A program made the translations under genes and the position numbers. The notes under the pieces are model-generated. The model had not been told where the DNA came from. It saw only the letters and a program-made list of their open reading frames with translations, and searched no databases. A DNA stretch of 64,000 nt from contig NW_021833924.1 of assembly GCF_006345805.1 (NCBI RefSeq), positions 29,337-93,336 of the forward strand. The letters are read 5' to 3'. Shown here piece after piece: positions 24,837 to 36,469 of this stretch. Each line of letters starts with the position of its first letter. Position 1 is the first letter of the stretch. Source of the DNA: Octopus sinensis (lineage: Eukaryota).

Positions 24837-27800
24837 TAATTTTAAATATAACAAAAGAATTTAGTAAACTAACTTAGTTATCATTAAGCTAGTGTTAGGA
24901 ACATAAATTGTGACTAAGGTTTGGTGGGAGATTTTAATTCAAAACTTATGAAAACAAGACATTTGTACTACAGAGCCAGAGGTGGTTTCAGCCAGGTTCG
25001 TATCAAAAGGGTTAAGAATTGTTTCTCTATTATATATTTTAACCCCTTTGTTACCATATTTCTGTTGAGATGTTCTGTGTTTCTTTCAATTAATTTTAAA
25101 TATAACAAAGAATTTAGTAAAATAACTTAGTTATCATTAAGCTAGTGTTAGGAACATAAATTGTGACTAAGGTTTGGTGGAAGATTTGAATTCAAAGCTT
25201 ATGGAAACAAGACATTTGTACTACAGAGCCAGTTTCAGCCAGGTTGGTATCAAAAGGGTTAAGAATTGTTTCTCTATTATATATTTTAACCCCTTTGTTA
25301 CCATATTTCTGTTGAGATGCTCTGTGTTTCTTTCAATTAATTTTAATATACAAACAACGAATTTAGTAAAATATTAAGCTAGTTTAGGAACATAAATTGT
25401 GACTAAGGTTTGGTGGAAGATTTTAATTCAAAACTTATGAAAACAAGACATTTGTACTACAGAGCCAGAGGTGGTTTCACCAGCCGGTTCGTATCAAAAG
25501 GGTTAAGAATTGTTTCTCTATTATATATTTTAACCCCTTTTTTACCATATTTCTGTTGAGATGCTCTGTGTTTCTTTCAATTAATTTTAATATACAAAGA
25601 ATTTAGTAAAATATTAAGCTAGTGTTAGGAACATAAATTGTGACTAAGGTTTGGTGGAAGATTTTAATTCAAAACTTATGAAAACAAGACATTTGTACTA
25701 CAGAGCCAGAGGTGGTTTCAGCCAGGTTCGTATCAAAAGGGTTAAGAATTGTTTCTCTATTATATATTTTAACCCTTTTGTTACCATATTTCTGTTGAGA
25801 TGTTCTGTGTTTCTTTCAATTAATTTTAAATATAACAAAGAATTTAGTAAAATAACTTCATTATTATTAAGCTAGTGTTAGGAACATAAATTGTGACTAA
25901 GGTTTGGTGGAAGATTTTAATTCAAAACTATGAAAACAAGACATTTGTACTACAGAGCCAGAGGTGGTTTCAGCCAGGTTCGTATCAAAAGGGTTAAGAA
26001 TTGTTTTTCTATTATATATTAACCCTTTGTTACCATATTTCTGTTGAGATGCTCTGTGTTTCTTTCAATTAATTTTAATATAACAAAGAATTTAGTAAAA
26101 TATTAAGCTAGTGTTAGGAACATAAATTGTGACTAAGGTTTGGTGGAAGATTTTAATTCAAAGCTTATGAAAACAAGACATTTGTACTACAGAGCCAGAG
26201 GTGGTTTCAGCCAGGTTGGTATCAAAAGGGTTAAGAATTGTTTCTCTATTATATATTTTAACCCCTTTGTTACCATATTTCTGTTGAGATGCTCTGTGTT
26301 TCTTTCAATTAATTTTAAATATAACAAAGAATTTAGTAAAATATTAAGCTAGTGTTAGGAACATAAATTGTGACTAAGGTTTGGTGGAAGATTTTAATTC
26401 AAAGCTTATGAAAACAAGACATTTGTACTACAGAGCCAGAGGTGGTTTCAGCCAGGTTGGTATCAAAAGGGTTAAGAATTGTTTCTCTATTATATATTTT
26501 AACCCCTTTGTTACCATATTTCTGTTGAGATGCTCTGTGTTTCTTTCAATTAATTTTAAATATAACAAAGAATTTAGTAAAATAACTTAGTTATTGTTAA
26601 GCTAGTGTTAGGAACATAAATTGTGACTAAGGTTTGGTGGAAGATTTTAATTCAGAACTTATGAAAACAAGACATTTGTACTACAGAGCCAGAGGTGGTT
26701 TCAGCCCGGTTGGCATCCAAAGGGTTAAGAATTGTTTCTCTATTATATATTTTAACCCTTTTGTTACCATATTTCTGTTGAGATGTTCTGTGTTTCTTTC
26801 AATTAATTTTAAATATAACAAAGAATTTAGTAAAATAAGTTAGTTATCGTTAAGCTAGTGTTAGGAACATAAATTGTGACTAAGGTTTGGTGGAAGATTT
26901 TAATTCAAAACTTATGAAAACAAGACATTTGTACTACAGAGCCAGAGGTGGTTTCAGCCAGGTTCGTATCAAAAGGGTTAAGAATTGTTTCTCTATTATA
27001 TATTTTAACCCTTTTGTTACCATATTTCTGTTGAGATGTTCTTGTGTTTCTTTCAATTAATTTTAAATATAACAAAGAATTTAGTAAAATAACTTAGTTA
27101 TCGTTAAGCTAGTGTTAGGAACATAAATTGTGACTAAGGTTTGGTGGAAGATTTTAATTCAAAACTTATGAAAACAAGACATTTGTACTACAGAGCCAGA
27201 GGTGGTTTCAGCCAGGTTCGTATCAAAAGGGTTAAGAATTGTTTCTCTATTATATATTTTAACCCTTTTGTTACCATATTTCTGTTGAGATGTTCTGTGT
27301 TTCTTTCAATTAATTTTAAATATAACAAAGAATTTAGTAAAATAAGTTAGTTATCATTAAGCTAGTGTTAGGAACATTAATTGTGACTAAGGTTTGGTGG
27401 AAGATTTTAATTCAAAACTTATGAAAACAAGACATTTGTACTACAGAGCCAGAGGTGGTTTCAGCCAGGTTCGTATCAAAAGGGTTAAGAATTGTTTCTC
27501 TATTATATATTTTAACCCTTTTGTTACCATATTTCTGTTGAGATGTTCTGTGTTTCTTTCAATTAATTTTAAATATAACAAAGAATTTAGTAAAATAAGT
27601 TAGTTATCATTAAGCTAGTGTTAGGAACATTAATTGTGACTAAGGTTTGGTGGAAGATTTTAATTCAAAACTTATGAAAACAAGACATTTGTACTACAGA
27701 GCCAGAGGTGGTTTCAGCCAGGTTCGTATCAAAAGGGTTAAGAATTGTTTCTCTATTATATATTTTAACCCTTTTGTTACCATATTTCTGTTGAGATGTT

Positions 27801-28710
27801 CTGTGTTTCTTTCAATTAATTTTAAATATAACAAAGAATTTAGTAAAATAAGTTAGTTATCATTAAGCTAGTGTTAGGAACATAAATTGTGACTAAGGTT
27901 TGGTGGAAGATTTTAATTCAGAACTTATGAAAACAAGACATTTGTACTACAGAGCCAGAGGTGGTTTCAGCCAGGTTCGTATCAAAAGGGTTAAGAATTG
28001 TTTCTCTATTATATATTTTAACCCTTTTGTTACCATATTTCTGTTGAGATGTTCTGTGTTTCTTTCAATTAATTTTAAATATAACAAAGAATTTAGTAAA
28101 ATAACTTAGTTATCGTTAAGCTAGTGTTAGGAACATAAATTGTGACTAAGGTTTGGTGGGAGATTTTAATTCAAAACTTATGAAAACAAGACATTTGTAC
28201 TACAGAGCAGAGAGGTGGTTTCAGCCAGGTTCGTATCAAAAGGTTAAGAATTGTTTCTCTATTATATATTTTAACCCTTTTGTTACCATATTTCTGTTGA
28301 GATGTTCTGTGTTTCTTTCAATTAATTTTAAATATAACAAAGAATTTAGTAAAATAAGTTAGTTATCATTAAGTTAGTGTTAGGAACATAAATTGTGACT
28401 AAGGTTTGGTGGAAGATTTTAATTCAAAACTTATGAAAACAAGACATTTGTACTACAGAGCCAGAAGTGGTTTCAACAGGGTTGGTATCAATAGGGTTAA
28501 GAATTGTTTCTCTATTATATATTTTAACCCTATTGTCACCATATTTCTGTTGAGATGCTCTGTGTTTCTTTCAATTAATTTTAAATATAAAGAATTTAGT
28601 AAAATAACTTAGTTATCATTAAGCTAGTGTTAGGAACATAAATTGTGACTAAGGTTTGGTGGAAGATTTTAATTCAAAACTTATGAAAACAAGTCAATTG
28701 TACTCAGAGC
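24837..28710 (+). repeat. Tandem array (~15 x 241-253 bp) of a TTAA/piggyBac-type MITE plus ~23-bp spacer
   Basis: Each unit reads TTAA-CCCYTTTGTTACC...GTATCAAAAGGG-TTAA-gaattgtttctctattatatatt; both array ends are truncated mid-unit. Confidence 0.8.
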
Positions 28711-29763
28711 TGTTACAGGGCATACTCCTGTACTACTACAACTACTACTACTTCTACTACTACTGCTGCTGTTGTTATTGTTAAGCAACAAGACGGTTAA
28801 GGGTGATGGTCTAGGGCTTAGAGTCAGGAGACCCCAGACCTTGGAAAAAAAAACTTTGGTCGTCTTGTTGTAGTTGAGGGCTCTTCGTTGACGCCCGACA
28901 CCACTGGGAGGTGGCCCCTCGAAGTTGCTAGAAATGGAGATCTCCAGGTCCAAATTCTTGAACGGCTGCTGCTGCTGCTGTAAAATCAAATTATGCAATT
29001 AATCAAAGTGAAATTTATTAATTACTATACCTGGGTAAGTACAGTGAAGACTAATATTTAATGCCACTTACCCAGTTTTTATTCGGCCCCTTGTAAAAAA
29101 CAACTAACAAAGGTTGGGGTAGGATTTGAACTCCAACCCTTTGAAACTCTCACCAGCAACGATTACCCAAACAGACCCACGAATTGGAGGATTGTTACCC
29201 AAGTGGTGCAAAGGGGTCATCGCCAAAAGGGCCATAGATGCAGCAACACACTGTTACAGTGCATGCCCTCATAGTGCTACTATGACTAATTAATTCAATT
29301 AATTAATTAATCAAATCGTTCATTACTATACCTGGGTAAATACAGTGAAGACTATATATTTAATGCTTTTGTTCTTTTATTTGTTTCAGTCATTTGACTG
29401 TGGCCATGCTGGAGCACTGCCTTTAGCTGAACAAATCGACCCCAGAAGTTAGTCTTTGTAAGCCTAGTACTTAAGCTATCGGTCTCTTTTGCTGAAGTGC
29501 TAAGTTACGTGGATGTAAACACACCAGCATTGGTTGTCAAGTAATACATATATATATCTTTTTTTTATATAATATATATATATATATGTATAGGCGCAGG
29601 AGTGGCTGTGTGGTAAGTAGCTTGCTAACCAGCCACATGGTTCCGGGTTCTGTCCCACTGTGTGGCATCTTGGGCAAGTGTCTTCTGCTATAGCCCCGGG
29701 CCGACCAATGCCTTGTGAGTGGATTTGGTAGACGGAAACTGAATGAAGCCTGTCGTATATATG

Positions 29764-29798
<35 letters not shown>

Positions 29799-30097
29799 TT
29801 GTGTGTCTGTGTTTGTACCCCTAGCATTGCTTGACAACCGATGCTGGTGTGTTTATGTCCCCGTCACTTAGCGGTTCGGCAAAAGAGACCGATAGAATAA
29901 GTACTGGGCTTACAAAGAATAAGTCCCGGGGTCGATTTGCTCGACTAAAGGTGGTGCTCCAGCATGGCCGCAGTGAAATGACTGAAATAAGTAAAAATAT
30001 ATATATAATATATATATATATAATAAATATTAGGGATAAATCCAAATTTACAGGGAAAAAATCAGATTTAGGATTAAATCCAATTTTATAGTAATAT

Positions 30098-30416
30098 TAT
30101 AAAATATTATTAGAGACAAAACCACTATTTTGCAAAACAAACAAGGAAAGACTTAATCAATACATAAAATTTTAATAATAGTCAAAAAAACCGCCACTAC
30201 AATTGTTTCTTGTCTTGATAGACAATCTTCAGGTGGACTTCCAATAAGTCAGTTTCAAATTAATTTGAAACTGACTTATTGGAAGTCCACCTGAAGATTG
30301 TCTATCAAGACAAGAAACAATGTGTAGGGCGGTTTTTTTGACTATTTATTAAAATTTTATGTATTGATTAAGTCTTTCCTTGTTTGTTTTGCAAAATAGT
30401 GGTTTTGTCTCTAATA

Positions 30417-30424
<8 letters not shown>
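30098..30424. mobile_element. Spacerless palindrome (~164-bp arms) carrying hammerhead motifs; Penelope-like pseudo-LTR fragment
   Basis: Centre tttcaaat-ta-atttgaaa at 30261/30262; arms nearly perfectly complementary. Confidence 0.7.
30194..30236 (-). ncRNA. Minimal type-I hammerhead ribozyme (43 nt)
   Basis: CCAC-CTGAAGA-TTGTCT-atca-AGACAA-GAAAC-AATT-GTA-GTGG: intact core, perfect stems I and II, palindromic stem III, GUA cleavage triplet. Confidence 0.75.
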
Positions 30425-30449
<25 letters not shown>

Positions 30450-30964
30450 TACTCTCTTTTACTTGTTTCAGTCATTTGACTGCGGCCATGCTGGAGCACC
30501 GCCTTTAATCGAGCAGCTCGACCCCGGGACTTATTCTTTTGTAAGCCCAGTACTTATTCTATCGGTCTCTTTTGCCGAACCGCTAAGTGACGGGGACATA
30601 AACACACCAGCATCGGTTGTCAAGCAATGCTAGGGGGACAAACACACACATACATATATATATATATATACATATATACGACAGGCTTCTTTCAGTTTCC
30701 GTCTACCAAATCCACTCACAAGGCATTGGTCGGCCCGGGGCTATAGCAGAAGACACTTGCCCAAGATGCCACGCAGTGGGACTGAACCCGGAACAATGTG
30801 GTTGGTTAGCAAGCTACTTACCACACAGCCACTCCATATATATACACACACATATATACATAATTAATAATATCAGAGTAATGAAGATTTTAGAAATTTT
30901 TACTACCAGTGGCCTAGTGTATAGAAAAATTAGTCAATAGACTATATATTATTCATATAAATAA

Positions 30965-31172
30965 AATACAGTGTACATTTAAACACATCAAGAGGTATCC
31001 ATCATAGGACTCCTTTACGCTAGAAAGAACAGCTAAAGTTCAAACCACTAATTAGGGATAAAATCTCGAAGGGAATGAAAAATATAAACAATGTTTGAAC
31101 TTTAGCAGTTCTTTCTAGCGTAAGGGAGTCCTATGATGGATACCTCTTGATGTGTTTAAATGTACACTGTAT

Positions 31173-31173
<1 letters not shown>
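30965..31173. mobile_element. Fold-back element (81-bp arms, 47-bp spacer); duplicate at 34373-34581
   Basis: aatacagtgtac...gttcaaac / gtttgaac...gtacactgtatt, adjacent to the shared terminal motif. Confidence 0.7.
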
Positions 31174-31204
<31 letters not shown>

Positions 31205-32061
31205 ATATATTCTCTTATTGTTTTACTTGTTTCGGTCATTTGACTGTGACTTATTCTTTGTAAGCCTAGTATTTATTATATCGCTCTCTTTTGCCGAAAC
31301 CGCTAAGTTAGGGGGATGTAAACACACCAACGACGGTGGGAGGAACAAACACAGACATACACACATATATGTATACATATATATAAACAACAGGCTTCTT
31401 TCAGTTTCCGTCTACCAAATCTACTCACAAGGCTTTGGTCTGCCCGAGGCTATAATAGAAAACACTTGCCCAAGGTGCCATGCAGTAGGACTGAACCCGG
31501 AACCATGTGGTCGGTAAGCAAGCTACTTACCACACAGCCACTCCTATGTGTATATACGATGGGCTTCTTTCAGTTTCCGTCTACAAAATCCACTCACAAG
31601 GTTTTGGTCGGCCCAAGGCTATAGTAGAAGACACTTGCCCAAGGTGCTACGCAGTGGGACTGAACCCGGAACCATGTGGTCCGTAAGCAAGCTACTTACC
31701 ACACACCCACTCCTGTGCTTAATTGTACATTTTTTTTCCTTTGCTTATTTTAAAAGGTCCCTAAAAGAAGTTGAAGTAGGATTTGTAGTTTGACCTTGTA
31801 AAACCCTCACCAGCTATGAAAACCCCAAACAAACCCATGGGTTTAAGGGTTGTCTCCTGGATGGGGCAAAGGAGTCACCCAGCAGGACAAATAGGGACTC
31901 ACCAACAAATGAATGCAACGATGTGTTGTTACAACACCTGCCACGCCACTAACTATTATGACACCCTGATACAATTAATTAATCAAATTGTAATTCATTA
32001 ATTGCTATACCCCAATTGTAATTCATTAATTCATTAATTGTAATTCATTAATTGCTATACC

Positions 32062-32870
32062 CCAAAGTCCATCCCCTCCTCCCTGTGGTGGCAACGGGTA
32101 GTGTCAGAGCTATGCCGTCGGGAACTTCGGTTCCTGGTAGGGCCACCCAAGGCGGATTGGTCTGACACCGAGTGGTATTAGGGCCACAACCCGGGACGCT
32201 AGCAATGGGTAGTGTCAGAACTATGCTGTCGGGAACTTCGGTTCCTGGTAGGGGCCACCCAAGGCGGATTGGTCTGACACCGAGTGATATTAGGGCCACA
32301 ACCCGGAACGCTAGCAACGGGTAGTGTCAGAGCTATGCCGTCGGGAACTTCGGTTCCTGGTAGGGCCACCCGAGGCAGATTGGTCTGACACCGAGTGGTA
32401 TTAGGGTCACAACCCGGGACGCTAGCAATGGGTAGTGTCAGAACTATGCTGTCGGGGAACTTCGGTTCCTGGTAGGAGCCACCTGAGGCAGATTGGTCTG
32501 ACACCGAGTGGTATTAGGGTCACAACCCGGGACGCTAGCAATGGGTAGTGTCAGAGCTATGCTGTCGGGGAACTTCGGTTCCTGGTAGGGGCCATCCAAG
32601 GCAGATTGGTCTGACACCGAGTGGTATTAGGGCCACAACCCGGCAGACGGGGCTCTGGTGAAAATCCTCGGAGTGTCTGTTTCGGCAATCGGCGGCTCCT
32701 CGGTCATTCTGCCCCTGCGTCTGCGGACAATCTGCAGCAAATAGGGTGTCTCTACATGTGGGATTGTTGGGAACCGCTTGTGAAATCCACATATTCCCAC
32801 GAAACTTCTTCCATGAGTAGAAGAAGCCGACTCAACCTGCACAGGTGAATGTTGCCACAAGTACAAGTAT
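32062..32870 (+). mobile_element. GC-rich ~810-bp insertion with 5 x 111-bp structured repeats and a (CAAGTA)2 end; duplicate at about 35463-36268
   Basis: Repeat starts at 32101, 32212, 32324, 32435 and 32548. It interrupts the ctatacc|tgggtaag motif that is contiguous at about 29025 and 29325; TATACC appears on both sides. Confidence 0.55.
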
Positions 32871-33069
32871 AACCTGGTAAGTAGAGGGAAGGTACATATT
32901 TAATACTCTCTTTACTCTCTTTTATTTGTTTCAGTCATTTGACTTATTCAGTCGGTCTCTTTTGCCGAACCGCTAAGTGACGGGGACATAAACACACCAG
33001 CATTGGTTGTCAAGCAATGCTAGGGGGACAAACACATACATACAAACACACACACACATATATATATAT

Positions 33070-34240
33070 ACATATATACGACAGGCTTCTTTCAGTTTCC
33101 GTCTACCAAATCCACTCACAAGGCTTTGGTCGGCCCGAGGCTATAGCAGAAGACACTTGCCCAAGATGCCACGCAGTGGGACTGAACCCAGAACCATGTG
33201 GTTGGTAAGCAAGCTACTTACCACACAGCCACTCCTATGTGTATATACGACAGGCTTCTTTCAGTTTCTGTCGACCAAATCCACTCACAAGGCTTTGGTC
33301 GGCCCAAGGCTATAGCAGAAGACACTTGCCCAAGATGCCACGCAGTGGGACTGAACCCAGAACCATGTGGTTGGTAAGCAAGCTACTTACCACACAGCCA
33401 CTCCTATGTGTATATACGACAGGCTTCTTTCAGTTTCTGTCGTCGACCAAATCCACTCACAGGCTTTGGTCGGCCCAAGGCTATAGCAGAAGACACTTGC
33501 CCAAGATGCCACGCATGGGACTGAAGTACCCAGAACCATGTGGTTGGTAAGCAAGCTACTTACCACACAGCCACTCCTATGTGTATATACGACAGGCTTC
33601 TTTCAGTTCTGTCGACCAAATCCACTCACAAGGCTTTGGTCGGCCCAAGGCTATAGCAGAAGACACTTGCCCAAGATGCCACGCAGTGGGACTGAACCCA
33701 GAACCATGTGGTTGGTAAGCAAGCTACTTACCACACAGCCACTCCTATGTGTATATACGACAGGCTTCTTTCAGTTTCTGTCGACCAAATCCACTCACAG
33801 GCTTTGGTCGGCCCAAGGCTATAGCAGAAGACACTTGCCCAAGATGCCACGCAGTGGGACTGAACCCAGAACCATGTGGTTGGTAAGCAGCTACTTACCA
33901 CACAGCCACTCCTATGTGTATATACGACGGGCTTCTTTCAGTTTCCGTCTACCAAATCCACTCACAAGGCATTGGTCGGCCCGAGGCTATAGCAAAGACA
34001 CTTGCCCAAGATGCCACGCAGTGGGACTGAACCCAGAACCATGTGGTTGGTAAGCAAGCTACTTACCACACACCACTCCTATGTGTATATACGACAGGCT
34101 TCTTTCAGTTTCTGTCGACCAAATCCACTCACAAGGCTTTGGTCGGCCCAAGGCTATAGCAGAAGACACTTGCCCAAGATGCCACGCAGTGGGACTGAAC
34201 CCGGAACAATGTGGTTGGTTAGCACTACTTACCACACAGC
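33070..34240 (-). repeat. Tandem array (~7 x 169 bp) of the family-A SINE head
   Basis: Repeated cgacaggcttctttcag...ccacacagccactcctatgtgtatata. Confidence 0.9.
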
Positions 34241-34577
34241 CACTCCATATATATACACACACATATATACATAATTAATAATATCAGAGTAATGAAGATT
34301 TTAGAAATTTTTACTACCAGTGGCCTAGTGTATAGAAAATTAGTCAATAGACTATATATTATTCATATAAATAATACAGTGTACATTTAAACACATCAAG
34401 AGGTATCCATCATAGGACTCCTTTACGCTAGAAAGAACAGCTAAAGTTCAAACCACTAATTAGGGATAAAATCTCGAAGGGAATGAAAAATATAAACAAT
34501 GTTTGAACTTTAGCAGTTCTTTCTAGCGTAAGGGAGTCCTATGATGGATACCTCTTGATGTGTTTAAATGTACACTG

Positions 34578-34615
<38 letters not shown>

Positions 34616-36469
34616 TCTTATTGTTTTACTTGTTTCGGTCATTTGACTGTGACTTATTCTTTGTAAGCCTAGTATTTATTATATCGCTCTCTTTTGCCGA
34701 AACCGCTAAGTTAGGGGGATGTAAACACACCAACGACGGTGGGGGAGGAACAAACACAGACATACACACATATATGTATACATCTATAAAAAAACAGGTT
34801 CTTTCAGTTTCGTCTACCAAATCTACTCACAAGGCTTTGGTCTGCCCGAGGCTATAATAGAAAACACTTGCCCAGGTGCCATGCAGTAGGACTGAACCCG
34901 GAACCATGTGGTCGGTAAGCAAGCTACTTACCACACAGCCACTCCTATGTGTATATACGATGGGCTTCTTTCAGTTTCCGTCTACAAAATCCACTCACAA
35001 GGTTTTGGTCGGCCCAAGGCTATAGTAGAAGACACTTGCCCAAGGTGCTACGCAGTGGGACTGAACCCGGAACCATGTGGTCCGTAAGCAAGCTACTTAC
35101 CACACACCCACTCCTGTGCTTAATTGTACATTTTTTTTCCTTTGCTTATTTTAAAAGGTCCCTAAAAGAAGTTGAAGTAGGATTTGTAGTTTGACCTTGT
35201 AAAACCCTCACCAGCTATGAAAACCCCAAACAAACCCATGGGTTTAAGGGTTGTCTCCTGGATGGGGCAAAGGAGTCACCCAGCAGACAATAGGGGACTC
35301 ACCAACAAATGAATGCAACGATGTGTTGTTACAACACCTGCCACGCCACTAACTATTATGACACCCTGATACAATTAATTAATCAAATTGTAATTCATTA
35401 ATTGCTATACCCCAATTGTAATTCATTAATTCATTAATTGTAATTCATTAATTGCTATACCCCAAAGTCCATCCCCTCCTCCCTGTGGTGGAACGGGTAG
35501 TGTCAGAGCTATGCCGTCGGGAACTTCGGTTCCTGGTAGGGCCACCCAAGGCGGATTGGTCTGACAGGTGGTGTATTAGGGCCACAACCCGGGACGCTAG
35601 CAATGGGTAGTGTTCAGAACTATGCTGTCGGGAACTTCGGTTCCTGGTAGGGCCACCCAAGGCGGATTGGTCTGACACCGAGAGTGATATTAGGGCCACA
35701 ACCCGGAACGCTAGCAACGGGTAGTGTCAGAGCTATGCCGTCGGGAACTTCGGTTCCTGGTAGGGCCACCCGAGGCAGATTGGTCTGACACCGAGTGGTA
35801 TTAGGGTCACAACCCGGGACGCTAGCAATGGGTAGTGTCAGAACTATGCTGTCGGGGAACTTCGGTTCCTGGTAGGAGCCACCTGAGGCAGATTGGTCTG
35901 ACACCGAGTGGTATTAGGGTCACAACCCGGGACGCTAGCAATGGGTAGTGTCAGAGCTATGCTGTCGGGGAACTTCGGTTCCTGGTAGGGGCCATCCAAG
36001 GCAGATTGGTCTGACACCGAGTGGTATTAGGGCCACAACCGGCAGACGGGGCTCTGGTGAAAATCCTCGGAGTGTCGTTTCGGCAATCGGCGGCTCCTCG
36101 GTCATTCTGCCCCTGCGTCTGCGGACAATCTGCAGCAAATGGGTGTCTCTACATGTGGGATTGTTGGGAACCGCTTGTGAAATCCACATATTCCCACGAA
36201 ACTTCTTCCATGAGTAGAAGAAGCCGACTCAACCTGCACAGGGTGAATGTTGCCACAAGTACAAGTATACCTGGGTAAGTAGAGGGAAGGGTACATATTT
36301 AATACTCTCTTTACTCTCTTTTATTTGTTTCAGTCATTTGACTTATTCAGTCGGTCTCTTTTGCCGAACCGCTAAGTGACGGGGACATAAACACACCAGC
36401 ATTGGTTGTCAAGCAATGCTAGGGGGACAAACACATACATACAAACACACACACACATATATATATATA

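Noticed and set aside
24837-28710. CRISPR-like or tandem small-gene array (repeated 69-aa ORFs)
   Set aside because: Spacers are identical rather than variable, the DNA is eukaryotic, ORFs start at TTG and are by-products of the MITE unit.
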